64,000 nt of DNA from an uncultured delta proteobacterium (GTDB lineage: Bacteria > Myxococcota_A > Polyangia > Polyangiales > Houyiibacteriaceae). Where the stretch lies: the NCBI GenBank assembly GCA_963699755.1, contig CAVOVB010000001.1, forward strand, positions 928,001 to 992,000. Reading direction: 5' to 3'. Positions 48,161 to 59,032 of this stretch are shown piece after piece (within the stretch, counting starts at the first letter, position 1; every line of letters begins with the position of its first letter). The position numbers and the translations under genes were made by a program. The notes beneath the pieces are model-generated. The model worked only from the letters and a program-made list of their open reading frames with translations, had not been told where the DNA came from and made no database searches.

Positions 48161-49000
48161 ATGGCGATCGACCCCGACAGCTTGGGCTACGAGACCCCAA
48201 CGATTGAGTTCGAGTACGGTTGGCGCGACACCGTGATCTATGCGCTCGGCGTGGGGGCATCAGCCGACGAAGAGCTGAAGTATCTCTATGAGGGACTGGG
48301 GCCGAAAGTTCTCCCGACCTTCAGCACGATCCCGACCTTCGCAGCGTTCGATCCCCTGGTCGATCGGATCGGCTGCGACCGGCGTGGCATGGTCCATCAT
48401 AGCCAGCAGGTGGACCTCTTCGGGCCGCTTCGCCCTGAGGCCAAGCTTCGCCTGATGGGCCGGGTGTCGCGCCTTTACGACCTGAAACGACTGGCCATGT
48501 CGGTCTTCATCATCGAAGCGTTCGACGAAGACGGCCAGCTCGTCATTCGAGGCGAGGTCACCCTGGTCCTGCGAAACGATGGTGGCTTTGGGGGCGCCCG
48601 CCCCCCGAAGACCGAACGAATCCCACTGCCCGATCGAAAGCCGGACTTCGAAGTCAGCGAGAAGATCGCCCCGACGCAGGCGCTTCTCTATCGTTTGAGT
48701 GGCGACTACAACCCGCTTCATGCCGACCCGGAGTTCGCCGCCGAGGCGGGCTTCGACAAGCCGATTCTGCACGGCCTTTGTACCTATGGCTACGCGGGTC
48801 GCGCGCTCACTCGGGGGGCATGTGCCGGGGATCCCGAAAAGCTCGCAAGGTTTCGCGCACAGTTCAGCAGTCCTGTTTTCCCTGGCGAAACGCTGATCGT
48901 GCGCAGCTGGAACGAAGGCGAGCGCGTGATTCTGGGCGCCAGCACCGAGGAACGGCCCGAACAGCCTTGCTTGAGCAACGCCTACGCCCTCTTGCGCTGA
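48161..49000 (+). CDS. MaoC-type double hot-dog dehydratase (enoyl-CoA hydratase 2-like)
   Basis: YALGVG, LYRLSGDYNPLHADP, PILHGLCTYG, FSSPVFPGETL. Confidence 0.9.
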   Translation: MAIDPDSLGYETPTIEFEYGWRDTVIYALGVGASADEELKYLYEGLGPKVLPTFSTIPTFAAFDPLVDRIGCDRRGMVHHSQQVDLFGPLRPEAKLRLMGRVSRLYDLKRLAMSVFIIEAFDEDGQLVIRGEVTLVLRNDGGFGGARPPKTERIPLPDRKPDFEVSEKIAPTQALLYRLSGDYNPLHADPEFAAEAGFDKPILHGLCTYGYAGRALTRGACAGDPEKLARFRAQFSSPVFPGETLIVRSWNEGERVILGASTEERPEQPCLSNAYALLR

Positions 49001-49033
49001 GGGAACGCCGCCTTTTTTCTTCTTGCCGAAGCA

Positions 49034-50176
49034 TTGATCCAAACACAGTGTCCCTTGGTGGAGCGTACTTCGTTTCCAAGCTACCTTTGGATGCTGGTCA
49101 TCTGGGCCGCGTCTGGCTGCACCGGGGCTGCTCCGGCCGCAACTGAAGCGCCTGCCCCACCGGTTCACGCAGCGACCATCAAGCCCCAGGCGGTGACCCC
49201 GACCTCGGTTGCGACCGCCGAGATCCTCGCGAATCGCCATGCGAACATGCGCTCGGAGACCGCGGGTCGAGTCGTCAATGTCCTGGTCGAAGCGGGCGAG
49301 CGGGTCGAGGAGGGTCAGGTTCTGCTGCGCCTCGACTTGGGGCGCCCTGCGTTCGCGTCGCAGGCTGCGAACGCAGCGGTAGCGCAAAGCGAAGCCCGAC
49401 TGATGCAAGCCGAACGCGAGCTTGAGCGAAGCGAGAAGTTGGTGCGCACCGGCGGCCTGCCAGAGCAACGTCTCGATGATGCCCAGGATGCGGTTCGCCT
49501 CGCTTCGGCCGCTCGTGATGCGGCGCGCGCCGAGGCTCGACTCGCTCGACGTGGTCTCACCGAGGCGGTCGTCCGCGCTCCGTTCAGCGGAACCGTGGTC
49601 GAGCGGACGGTCGAGCTCGGAGAGTACTTGGCGCCGGGAAGCCCGATGCTCAGCCTGGCGGACACGAGCCACTTGAAGGCGCGCGTCCTGCTCGATCCAC
49701 GAGAAGCGATCGACGTGTCGATTGGTGCTCCGGTCCGTATTTCGGTCTATGCGAGGCCGGGTGAGGTCTTCAACGGCAAGGTAGTGCGGGTTGGCGAAGT
49801 CATCGACCCCCGCACGCGTCGGCTTGCGGTTGAAGTCGAGCTCGACCCGCACGGCGGACGCCTGCGTCCGGGTCTAGTGGCCAAGTTCGAAGTCGTCACG
49901 GGCGAGCCAAAACTGGAGATTCGAGTGCCCCTGGATGGGGTTTTCGAGCGTTTCGGCAGCCAACACCTGTACGTCATCGAGGACGGAATCGCACGACGTC
50001 GGGCCATCGAGCTCGGTTCGGTGGGCGCCGGCTTTGCAGAGGTCGTCCAAGGCGTCGAGCCAGGTGAGCTCGTCGTCGTCAAGGGTGTCACGCGGGTGGT
50101 CGATGGCTCGAAAGTACAGGTCGTACCGGTCGACGCGGCCCGCGCATCGTCCACCGAGCAAATGAGCCAGCCGTGA
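49034..50176 (+). CDS. RND efflux periplasmic adaptor subunit
   Basis: GRVV.V.VEAGERVEEGQ, VRAPFSG, IDPRTR, LRPG; start uncertain. Confidence 0.88.
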   Translation: MIQTQCPLVERTSFPSYLWMLVIWAASGCTGAAPAATEAPAPPVHAATIKPQAVTPTSVATAEILANRHANMRSETAGRVVNVLVEAGERVEEGQVLLRLDLGRPAFASQAANAAVAQSEARLMQAERELERSEKLVRTGGLPEQRLDDAQDAVRLASAARDAARAEARLARRGLTEAVVRAPFSGTVVERTVELGEYLAPGSPMLSLADTSHLKARVLLDPREAIDVSIGAPVRISVYARPGEVFNGKVVRVGEVIDPRTRRLAVEVELDPHGGRLRPGLVAKFEVVTGEPKLEIRVPLDGVFERFGSQHLYVIEDGIARRRAIELGSVGAGFAEVVQGVEPGELVVVKGVTRVVDGSKVQVVPVDAARASSTEQMSQP

Positions 50177-53100
50177 GCATCCCCGCCTTCTCAGTTCGCC
50201 AGCCTGTGCTCGTCAACATCGTTGCGATCTCGACCGTGCTGGTTGGCGCGATGGTGCTGAGCGTCATGCACCGTGAGTCCCTGCCAACGCTACCCACCGG
50301 TTGGGGAACCGTCACCACGACGTACGTGGGGGCATCGCCCGAGGAGATCGAGCAGCTGGTCACCATACCGGTCGAGAACGCGGTCGGGGATGTCGACAAG
50401 GTCGAAGAGATCTGGGGCGTATCCAAAGAAGGCGTTTCGTACGTGAGCTTCCATCTGGATGATGATGTCGAAGACATCACCAGTGCCATCATGGAGATTT
50501 CGAACGAGATTAACCGCATCGACGACTTGCCTGTCGATGCCGAGCGCCCCGTCGTGCGTGAGGTCAAGGTCGACTTCCCAACGATCACGGTTGCCATTCG
50601 AGGCGAGGTTCCCGAGGTCGTTCTGCGCCAGGTCGGCAAAGACATGGCGGACCGAATCGAAAGGCTGCCGGGGGTCTCAGGTATCTGGCGCAACGGCATT
50701 CGAGATCGGGAATTTCGAGTGGATGTCGATCCCGATCGGCTTGCCGCATACCAGCTCCCCCTCACCGCAGTAAGCAGCGCGCTTCGATTCAGGGCGGCCA
50801 ACGTACCCGCGGGGACGACCAAAGGAGAAGGCGATGCCCGACTCGTCCGCGGGATGACCCGAATCGGTGACGTCGAGGAGCTTGCCGGCGTGGTGATTCG
50901 GCCAGACCATGCGGGCGGGTCGGTGCGCGTAGGAGACGTCGCCGAGGTTTCCGACACCTTTGCAGCCGGAGCATTCAGCGGCCGAGTCAACGGCGAGCCC
51001 GCCGTGGTCCTCACTGTTCGCAAGGAAGAGCAGGCAGACAGCGTACTGATCAGCCGAGGCGTACGCGCCCTGGTCGATCAACTCCGACCTAGGCTTCCGC
51101 CTGGAGTCGAGATCGACCTCTTCGGGGACGCTGCCGCGGAGGTCGAGCACTCGCTCGGCACACTCTACTCGAACGCTGCCGTCGGGCTCTTGCTCGTGGT
51201 GCTTCTTCTCTGGGTGGCGATCGGCGCCCGCAACGCCACGATGGCAGCGATCGGTCTTCCGGTCGCGTTGGCCGGCGCGCTCGTCGCGATGCACATGATG
51301 GGCATCACGATCAACATGATGTCGCTCATGGGGTTGATCCTTTGCCTGGGCGTGGTGGTCGACGATGCGATCATCATCATCGAGAACATCTACCGGCACA
51401 TGGAAGAAGGCATGCCGAGGCGAAAGGCGGCCGTCATCGGTACGCAGGAAGTCTTCTGGCCCGTCGTATCATCGACCCTCACCAGCTGGGCGGCGTTCTT
51501 ACCTCTGCTGATGATGGAGGGCGTTCTGGGAGATGCCTTTGCGATCATTCCCAAAGTCGTCGTGGCTGCGCTCGCCGCGTCACTCATCGAAGCGATGTTC
51601 ATCCTGCCGAGCCACATGTCCGATTTCGGTAAGCTTTCGCATTCCAAGCTTGCGGATTTCGGGCCTCCGAGAACCAGGCTGCAACGGGCAAGCGCCCGCA
51701 TCCTGAGTAGCTACGAACGAATACTTCGCTGGTCGCTGCAGCACCGGGCAATCGTCGTCGTCTCGGCGTACGCCATCTGCTTCGTCATGATCGGCGTCGC
51801 ACTCAGCGCCAAGGACGTGATCCTCCTGACCGAAGGTGATCCGGACATGTTCGATGTTCGGATCCACATGCCGACCGACGCTTCCAAGGAGGAAACCGAA
51901 GCGCTTCTCGCCGAGCTGGACGCGCGCATCATCGCGCTCAAGAACCCGGACGTGGAAGCCACGGTGGCCGTTCGGGGGATGACCCGCACCGACATGGGCC
52001 TGAGCTCGGGCGACCATCTCGGTATGGTCACGGTCTTTGTCGTTCCAGTCACCGAACGAAGCAGCCTGCACGGCGGTCGCGACCTGGTGGCTCAGGTAAG
52101 CGAGCTCTACGAAGACGTGGTAGGCCCGGCACGCCTGGAAATCGTGGAGGTGCGGCCCGGGCCCCCGCGAGGCGCCCCCATCGCGGTGCGGATCCGTGGA
52201 GAGAACTACGAGCGCCTGGTCGAGCTCGCCGAGGAGGTGCTTGCCGAGGTACGCGTGACGCCGGGCACGCGGAACTCCGGCCACGACTACGAGCTTGGAA
52301 AGCAGGAGCTCCAGATCAAAGTCGACGAGCAACGCGCGGCGCTTCACGGCCTCACGCCGGAAATGGTGAGCGGATGGCTGCGGAACGCATTTGGGGCAAC
52401 CCCTGCGGCGACGCTTCGTGAGGGCGACGACGAGATCGACATCGTCGTTCAACTTCGGGAAGACGTCCAAGAGGACCCGGCCCGGATCGCTTCCCTTCAG
52501 TTGATTGCGCCCAACGGCGATGAAGTCGCCATCCGCGAAATCGCCGACATTTCGCATGGAAGGGGCCCGGGCGTGATCCGCCGCTATCAACAGAAGCGGG
52601 TCGTCAGCGTGCTTTCGGGAATCGATGAGGAGGCGACCAATAGCGGAGAGGTCAACTCGACGCTGCAGAAGAGCCTCGCGCGGCTGGAAGCTGCGAATCC
52701 CGACGTCCGCTTTGAATACGGCGGCCAGTTCGAGGAGACGCAGGAATCGGTCGATTCTCTGTTTCGAGCGTTCATCGTCGCGATCTTGCTGATCTACACG
52801 ATCCTCGCAACGCAGTTTCAGAGCTTCTCTCAGCCCCTGGTGGTGATGGCGGCGATTCCGCTCTCCTTCATCGGTGTGACTGGAGGTTTCTTGCTAGGCT
52901 CCAAGGCGATTGGCTTGATCGCGCTGGTCGGCGTGGTCGGGCTCACCGGAATCGTGGTGAACGACTCGCTGGTGCTGGTGGATTTCATCAATAAGCGGCG
53001 CGACCAGGGCATGGCGCTCGACGAAGCGATCGTGGAAGCTGGCAGGCTTCGACTTCGGCCAATCTTTCTGACCAGCATCACCACGATCGCGGGACTCTTT

Positions 53101-53343
53101 CCTCTGTCGCTCGCGACCGAAAGCCTTCCGCACCTGGCGCCGATGGCGCAGGTCATCGTCTACGGCCTGACCTTCTCGACACTGCTTACGCTATTGGTGA
53201 TTCCCTGCCTCTACCGGCTCGACGTGGACTTGGCTGGGCGCCTCTCAAGTTGGTTCGCACCACTGATTCACTGGGCGACGGACCCGGGCGCGGCGGCCGT
53301 GGACGAAGCCCCAGACACGACCGTCCAGACGAGCACAGAGTAG
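50173..53343 (+). CDS. RND efflux permease (AcrB/AcrD/AcrF family)
   Basis: GASPEEIE, GVVVDDAIIIIENI, GIVVNDSLVLVD, RLRPIFLTSITT. Confidence 0.93.
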   Translation: MSIPAFSVRQPVLVNIVAISTVLVGAMVLSVMHRESLPTLPTGWGTVTTTYVGASPEEIEQLVTIPVENAVGDVDKVEEIWGVSKEGVSYVSFHLDDDVEDITSAIMEISNEINRIDDLPVDAERPVVREVKVDFPTITVAIRGEVPEVVLRQVGKDMADRIERLPGVSGIWRNGIRDREFRVDVDPDRLAAYQLPLTAVSSALRFRAANVPAGTTKGEGDARLVRGMTRIGDVEELAGVVIRPDHAGGSVRVGDVAEVSDTFAAGAFSGRVNGEPAVVLTVRKEEQADSVLISRGVRALVDQLRPRLPPGVEIDLFGDAAAEVEHSLGTLYSNAAVGLLLVVLLLWVAIGARNATMAAIGLPVALAGALVAMHMMGITINMMSLMGLILCLGVVVDDAIIIIENIYRHMEEGMPRRKAAVIGTQEVFWPVVSSTLTSWAAFLPLLMMEGVLGDAFAIIPKVVVAALAASLIEAMFILPSHMSDFGKLSHSKLADFGPPRTRLQRASARILSSYERILRWSLQHRAIVVVSAYAICFVMIGVALSAKDVILLTEGDPDMFDVRIHMPTDASKEETEALLAELDARIIALKNPDVEATVAVRGMTRTDMGLSSGDHLGMVTVFVVPVTERSSLHGGRDLVAQVSELYEDVVGPARLEIVEVRPGPPRGAPIAVRIRGENYERLVELAEEVLAEVRVTPGTRNSGHDYELGKQELQIKVDEQRAALHGLTPEMVSGWLRNAFGATPAATLREGDDEIDIVVQLREDVQEDPARIASLQLIAPNGDEVAIREIADISHGRGPGVIRRYQQKRVVSVLSGIDEEATNSGEVNSTLQKSLARLEAANPDVRFEYGGQFEETQESVDSLFRAFIVAILLIYTILATQFQSFSQPLVVMAAIPLSFIGVTGGFLLGSKAIGLIALVGVVGLTGIVVNDSLVLVDFINKRRDQGMALDEAIVEAGRLRLRPIFLTSITTIAGLFPLSLATESLPHLAPMAQVIVYGLTFSTLLTLLVIPCLYRLDVDLAGRLSSWFAPLIHWATDPGAAAVDEAPDTTVQTSTE

Positions 53344-53392
53344 CCGCCGCCGACCCGTGGCAAGCGGCTCGGGGAGCTGCTACGCGCAGGTC

Positions 53393-54190
53393 ATGGCCAA
53401 GCGTTTCGAGAACAAGGTCGTTTGGATCACTGGTGGAGGCAGCGGGATAGGCCGTGCGCTCGCGCTCGGCTTCGCCGATGAAGGTGCCGCTGTGGCCGTG
53501 TCCGGAAGGCGTGAGGAACGGCTTCACGAAGTGGTGCAGGAGCTCGAATCGCGCGGAGCCAAGGGCTTGGCCGTGCGTTGCGACGTTGCCGACGAGGCAT
53601 CGGTCGCCGAAGCGGTTCAGAAGGTCGTTCGAGCTCTCGGCGGCCTCGATGTCGCGGTGGCCAATGCAGGATTTTCCGTCGCTGGCCGAATCGAAAAGCT
53701 GTCTGCAGCAGACTGGCGTCGTCAGCTGGACGTGAACGTCATCGGCGCCGCGATGACGGCCCGCTATGCGATTCCGCCACTACGCGAGCGGAAGGGCCGC
53801 CTGGTGCTCATCGGTAGTGTGAGCTCGATGATCACCACGCCTGGTATGGGAGCGTACTCCGCCTCGAAGCATGCCGTACGCGCAATCGGGCAAGCCCTTG
53901 CAGTCGAGCTCCACGGAAGCGGCGTGAGCTGCACCACCATCCACCCCGGCTACATCGAAAGCGAAATCGCCCAAGTTGACAACCAGGGGCGCTTCGATCC
54001 AGCGAGAGAAGACCGCCGCCCAAAGAACCTGATCTGGTCCGCGGATCGAGCAGCGCGTGTCATGATCGACGCGATCGCAAAGCGAAAGCGCGAGTTCACG
54101 TTCACCGGGCACGGCAAGGCAGCCGCCTTTGCCGGGCGCCACATGCCCGGTGTCATCCACTTCGGCCTCACGCGAAACAAGAAGCCGTAG
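53393..54190 (+). CDS. SDR-family oxidoreductase
   Basis: TGGGSGIG, ANAG, YSASK. Confidence 0.9.
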   Translation: MAKRFENKVVWITGGGSGIGRALALGFADEGAAVAVSGRREERLHEVVQELESRGAKGLAVRCDVADEASVAEAVQKVVRALGGLDVAVANAGFSVAGRIEKLSAADWRRQLDVNVIGAAMTARYAIPPLRERKGRLVLIGSVSSMITTPGMGAYSASKHAVRAIGQALAVELHGSGVSCTTIHPGYIESEIAQVDNQGRFDPAREDRRPKNLIWSADRAARVMIDAIAKRKREFTFTGHGKAAAFAGRHMPGVIHFGLTRNKKP

Positions 54191-54199
54191 GCGCGGTCG

Positions 54200-55150
54200 C
54201 TACTGCACGACGAAGCGGATCATGAAGAGCAGATAGGTCTCTTTGCGACCGCGAACGTCCTGTCGAAGCGCCATTTCTGCGCCGATCTTGCCCTTGGTGA
54301 AGCCAGCGCCCGCCGTGATCTGATTGAGATTTCGACCCTGATCTCGACGGTAACCGAAGCGAAGGGGAACCATCTCGCCGGCGATGTAGCTCACGCCGGC
54401 CCCTGCGATCAGCTCGGTCTTCGGAAAGGTCGTGAAGTCGAAGAGAATATCGCCGCCAATCGTGAAGCTCTCGACCGGGGTGAGGGCGACACTGGAGCCG
54501 GCCATCTGGGGCGCCAGCGAGGAGTGCGTCTTGACGAGATTGTACCCAAGACCTGCAATCTTGAGCCAGGGGATGGGCGTGATGGTCATGGACGCGTCCA
54601 AGGTGATTCCGTCGAACGAAGGTCCCGTCCGCTGCCCTTCGAAGCGTTCCGACTGCAACCGCGCCCATCGAAAGCCGATCCCGATCGCGAGCTGTGGGAT
54701 CGCTTGAATCCCGATGCCGGAGCGCCAATCCCAGCCGGAGTAACGCCGGTTCTCTCCGCTGAACACACCGCGGAAGCTCGTTCCCATCGCGATCTTCTTG
54801 CTGGTCGTCGAGTCGGTGACCGAGCTGCCGATCGTCCAGTACGTGCCCCCACTGCTCTTGCTCCCAGGGATGATCTGGCTGAACGCCTCGACGTGGTAGG
54901 TGCTGACCGCCGCCATGTTGGACGCGTTGTATGCGAGCGCGGAGATGGCTGTGGCACCTGCGCGAACACCCGCGCCCATCGCGAGGCCGTAGCTGGTCTC
55001 GAGTGTGTCCTCTGCCGGAACGAGCGCAGGGTCACCAGGGCCACCGGTCCCCGAAGGCGCCTGGATCTGTCCCAGCACGGACCGAGCCGGGTACAAGGCG
55101 GACAGGAGACCCATGATCACCGCCGCCCACAAAGCTTGTCTTGCCCCCAT
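54200..55150 (-). CDS. Putative outer-membrane beta-barrel protein
   Basis: Signal peptide, AMG...AYN motif like FadL/PorV N-termini, amphipathic strands; start uncertain. Confidence 0.6.
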   Translation of the reverse strand: MGARQALWAAVIMGLLSALYPARSVLGQIQAPSGTGGPGDPALVPAEDTLETSYGLAMGAGVRAGATAISALAYNASNMAAVSTYHVEAFSQIIPGSKSSGGTYWTIGSSVTDSTTSKKIAMGTSFRGVFSGENRRYSGWDWRSGIGIQAIPQLAIGIGFRWARLQSERFEGQRTGPSFDGITLDASMTITPIPWLKIAGLGYNLVKTHSSLAPQMAGSSVALTPVESFTIGGDILFDFTTFPKTELIAGAGVSYIAGEMVPLRFGYRRDQGRNLNQITAGAGFTKGKIGAEMALRQDVRGRKETYLLFMIRFVVQ

Positions 55151-55284
55151 GGGTCTTACTCCCGCGGAAGCTAACAGCGATGGAACACCCCTCCAAATTG
55201 TCGACTCCGGCCGGTCCAAGGCGTGAACGCGGTAGCGCCTCGCTTCGCTTCCGATGGCGTTGCGATTAAGCGGCGAAGCGCTAG

Positions 55285-56238
55285 GTGCCTGAAATGCTCG
55301 ATTGGATACTGGATAAATCCTTTATCGGTTACACCGCCCTGGGATTCCGATGCCGTCCTCATTCGCGAATCGAGGCTGACTTAACGGGTCGCGTCGCCCT
55401 CGTCACCGGGGCGACCTCGGGCCTTGGTCGCGAAACGGCCAAGGAGCTCGCACGCCTCGGGGGAAGCGTCGTGCTGGTTGGAAGAGACCCCGAAAAGACT
55501 AGAGCCGTCGCGGAAAACATCCGCGAGCAGACCGGTAACACCAAGTTGCGCACTGAAATCGCTGACTTGAGCGTGATGGCGCAGGTTCGCGCGCTCGCGG
55601 GTCGGATCGAGGCACCGCTTCACATTCTGGTCAACAACGCCGGAGTGCTCTTGGCTGAACGCTCCGAGACCGAAGAGGGCCTGGAAACCAGCTTCGCTAC
55701 CAACCTCCTGGGCCACTTCCTGTTGACCAACCTCCTCATCGAGAAGCTCGAGGCACCCGCCCGCATCATCAACGTGTCATCGGGCGGCATGTACAGCCAG
55801 CGCATTCGTGTCGATGACCTGCAAATGGAACAGGCCCGGTACGACGGCACGACCGCCTATGCGCGGGCGAAGCGTGGGCAGGTCATCCTGACCGAGCTCT
55901 GGGCGGAGGCCCTGAAGGCGCGCGGAATCGTCGTCCATTCGATGCACCCAGGCTGGGCCGACACCCCCGGGGTTTCGAAGTCCTTGCCGCGATTCTACCG
56001 GCTCACCAAGCCGTTGCTGCGCACGCCCGCGCAAGGCGCCGATACCGTCGTGTGGCTCTGTGCGGCGGACGAAGCGGGGCGCTCAACCGGACGGTTTTGG
56101 CACGATCGGACGGCACGGCCGACACATCGCTTGCCTGGGACGAGGGAAACGGCTGCGGAACGGCAGGCGCTCTGGACGCGATTGGCCGAGCTCAGCGGCT
56201 GGTCTGGTACCTTATCCGAGCTCGCGGAAGCAGGATAG
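55285..56238 (+). CDS. SDR-family oxidoreductase (DHRS12-like)
   Basis: TGATSGLG, VNNAG, VSSGGMY, YARAKR, MHPGWADTPG. Confidence 0.88.
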   Translation: MPEMLDWILDKSFIGYTALGFRCRPHSRIEADLTGRVALVTGATSGLGRETAKELARLGGSVVLVGRDPEKTRAVAENIREQTGNTKLRTEIADLSVMAQVRALAGRIEAPLHILVNNAGVLLAERSETEEGLETSFATNLLGHFLLTNLLIEKLEAPARIINVSSGGMYSQRIRVDDLQMEQARYDGTTAYARAKRGQVILTELWAEALKARGIVVHSMHPGWADTPGVSKSLPRFYRLTKPLLRTPAQGADTVVWLCAADEAGRSTGRFWHDRTARPTHRLPGTRETAAERQALWTRLAELSGWSGTLSELAEAG

Positions 56239-56247
56239 ATTCCCGCC

Positions 56248-57237
56248 ATGGTCAAGCCAGCAAAGCGTGGCCCAACCAGGCGGCGTATCCTCACCATTTC
56301 GCTCTACGCAGTTTGCTGGCTGTCGCTCACCATGCTGAGTCCGTTCTGGCTCGTGCTTGCCGCTTTGGTTGGCCTCGCACGGCGTCGTTCGTTCATCTTG
56401 CTTAGGCTCCTGGTCTTCGCTTGGTTCTATTTCGGCCTAGAGCTGATAGCGCTAGTGCTCGTTGCGTGGACCTTGGCAACGCGGAGGAGCACTGAGTCAC
56501 GGATCGGTGACCTCTACCGATTGCAGGCCTGGTGGGCCAATGCGACCTTGCTGATCGCCACGAAGCTGCTTCGACTTCGTTTCGCCGTCGTCGGTGCCGA
56601 TTGCGCAACGCCGGGGCCGTCGATCCTCTTGATTCGCCATGCGAGCATTCTCGATACCTTGTTGCCGAGTGTGTTCGTTCAGCGCCCTCATGGGTTTCGA
56701 GTTCGCTACGTGCTCAAGCAGGAGCTCTTGTTCGATCCTTGCATCGACATCGTTGGCAATGCGCTGCCGAACTACTTCGTCGATCGCACGGGAAACACCC
56801 AGCGGGAGGTCGCGGGAATCGCGGCGCTCGCAGAGGGCCTCGGGACCGATGGGGTGCTCATGTTTCCCGAGGGAACCCGCTTTTCCCCGCAAAAGCGGCA
56901 AAGAGCGCTCCAGAAGCTCGAGACCGAGGCTTCCCCGCTACTCGCCCGAGCGCACGAGCTCACTCATGTCCTTCCACCAAAACCCGCTGGCGTGCTCGCG
57001 CTTCTCGATGCGCTACCCAAGGTCGACTGCGTCTTCCTGGCACACACGGGACTCGAAACGTTTGCAAAGATTCGAGACCTCATGAGTGGCGCGGTGGTTG
57101 GCTCGACAGTGCACGTTTACTTGTGGCGTGTAGACGCGAACGACATTCCGACGACGACGGATGAACGACTACGTTGGCTCTACGCTCAATGGAGTCGAGT
57201 CAACGCGTTCGTGCGAAACGCGCACGAAACTTTTTGA
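56248..57237 (+). CDS. 1-acyl-sn-glycerol-3-phosphate acyltransferase family protein
   Basis: RHASILD (HX4D), VLKQEL, FPEGTRF. Confidence 0.85.
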   Translation: MVKPAKRGPTRRRILTISLYAVCWLSLTMLSPFWLVLAALVGLARRRSFILLRLLVFAWFYFGLELIALVLVAWTLATRRSTESRIGDLYRLQAWWANATLLIATKLLRLRFAVVGADCATPGPSILLIRHASILDTLLPSVFVQRPHGFRVRYVLKQELLFDPCIDIVGNALPNYFVDRTGNTQREVAGIAALAEGLGTDGVLMFPEGTRFSPQKRQRALQKLETEASPLLARAHELTHVLPPKPAGVLALLDALPKVDCVFLAHTGLETFAKIRDLMSGAVVGSTVHVYLWRVDANDIPTTTDERLRWLYAQWSRVNAFVRNAHETF

Positions 57238-57673
57238 ATTGCCGGTGGAAAAGTTGTGGATGAGACGCACATGATGCGCCGATCACGAGTGATCCCGCCA
57301 CTCAAGAAGTAGTCACAACTGTGAACGAAGTGCGTCGCATGTTGCGCGAACGATAACAAGACGTAATTCGGAATGATTGCAACAGCTTGCCAACAGGTGC
57401 GCGACGACGCGGTAAACTACGCCTTCGTCTGTCAAAAAAACGGCATGTGAATCTTTCGCGATCACAAGTGGTTAGAAATTAGTTCGTCGATCCCCGTAGA
57501 CGCTTGCGAAACACACTGCTAGTTTCGGCGCCCTTCAGTCGAATCACACACGTTGGCCATCGCCATGGTCGGCGAAAATCGATTGTGGGATTGTATTCGC
57601 TCATCGCCGATAGGCTGTGGATTGCCTGTGGACGTCGGTGCCGCATTGCGTGTTTTCTGGGGGCTAGGACTCG
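57238..57673 (+). promoter_or_regulatory. dnaA promoter region with degenerate DnaA boxes (possible part of a bipartite oriC)
   Basis: Lower-GC intergenic region with GGTGGAAAA 57244, TGTGGATGA 57255, TGTGGATTG 57616 and TGTGGACGT 57627. Confidence 0.55.
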
Positions 57674-59032
57674 ATGGAACAATTGTGGGAACAAGCGTTG
57701 GGCAGTCTGAAAGCGCACCTCTCCGCTGAGAACTTCGAGACCTGGCTGCAACCCGTTCAGTTCGGCGGCATCGATAGTGATTCGATCGTCCTCAGGATTC
57801 CCAATCAGTTCTTCGCCGAGTGGATTGCCGCGCACTACCTCGACATGATCCTCGACACCTTGCAGAGCGAGGCCGGCGAAACCCCCATGCCCAAAAAGGT
57901 TCGCTGGGAGCTCGACGAAACCCTGCGTGGCCAGGGGCAAGCTGCGCGTGAAACCCCGCCGCTTTCGGCCCGGCGCGCCCCTCGCGCGACGCCGAAGCCT
58001 CCCGACTCCGCGGACCTCAACCCGAAGTACCGCTTCAAGAACTTCGTCGTCGGCCCGGCCAATCAGCTCGCCCACGCAGCGAGCGTGGCCTGTGGCTCCG
58101 ACCCTGGACGCCGTTACAACCCGCTCTTCATTTATGGTGGTGTCGGACTCGGTAAGACGCATTTGGTCAATGCGATCGGCCACGCAATCGTCCAACGAAA
58201 CCCACGCGCGCGAACGCTCTACGTCTCGGCCGAACGCTTCACCAACGAGTTCATTTGGTCACTGCAAAACCAAGAGATCAATGCTTTCCGGAAGCGCTAT
58301 CGGACGCAGTGCGACGTTCTGCTGATGGACGACATCCAGTTCCTTGCTGGCCGCGAGCAAACGCAAGAGGAGTTCTTCCACACCTTCAATGCGCTCTATC
58401 ACTCCGACAAGCAGATCGTGGTGACCTCCGATGTCTATCCTCGCCAGATTGCGGAGATGCAGGAACGGCTGATCAGTCGATTTCAATCTGGCATGGTCGC
58501 AGACGTTCAGGCGCCCGAGCTCGATACCCGAATCGCCATCTTGCAAAAGAAGGCCGAGAACGAGGGCATCGAGCTCGCCGGCGAGGTGGCGCTTTTCATC
58601 GCGCAGACCATCCGTAGCAACGTCCGCGAGCTCGAAGGCACGCTTCTGCGTGTTGCGGTGAAGGCAGAGCTTCTCGGACTTCCGATGAACCTCGAGTTCG
58701 CCAAGGAAGCGTTGCGGACGGTACTGCCCAATCAGGACACGGCGATGACCGTCGAAGAGATCCAGCGGATCGTCTGCGGTTACTTCGGGATTCGTCTGGC
58801 CGACCTCAAGTCACGTCGGCGGCACCGCGCGGTGAGCTTTCCTCGAATGATCGCGATGTACGTTTGCCGCCAGCGCCTCGGGACCAGCTATCCCGAGCTC
58901 GGCGAGCGCTTTGGTGGCAAGGACCACACCACCGTCCTGAGTGCCGTTCGGAAGATCAGCGGGCTGATGGAGGACCAGGACGAACGCGTCCTCGGCGCTG
59001 TGGGTGCGATTGAGCGCAAGCTCGGCATCTAG
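57674..59032 (+). CDS. dnaA: Chromosomal replication initiator DnaA
   Basis: YNPLFIYGGVGLGKTHL, DDIQFL, QEEFFHTFN, NVRELEG, GGKDHTTV. Confidence 0.98.
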   Translation: MEQLWEQALGSLKAHLSAENFETWLQPVQFGGIDSDSIVLRIPNQFFAEWIAAHYLDMILDTLQSEAGETPMPKKVRWELDETLRGQGQAARETPPLSARRAPRATPKPPDSADLNPKYRFKNFVVGPANQLAHAASVACGSDPGRRYNPLFIYGGVGLGKTHLVNAIGHAIVQRNPRARTLYVSAERFTNEFIWSLQNQEINAFRKRYRTQCDVLLMDDIQFLAGREQTQEEFFHTFNALYHSDKQIVVTSDVYPRQIAEMQERLISRFQSGMVADVQAPELDTRIAILQKKAENEGIELAGEVALFIAQTIRSNVRELEGTLLRVAVKAELLGLPMNLEFAKEALRTVLPNQDTAMTVEEIQRIVCGYFGIRLADLKSRRRHRAVSFPRMIAMYVCRQRLGTSYPELGERFGGKDHTTVLSAVRKISGLMEDQDERVLGAVGAIERKLGI

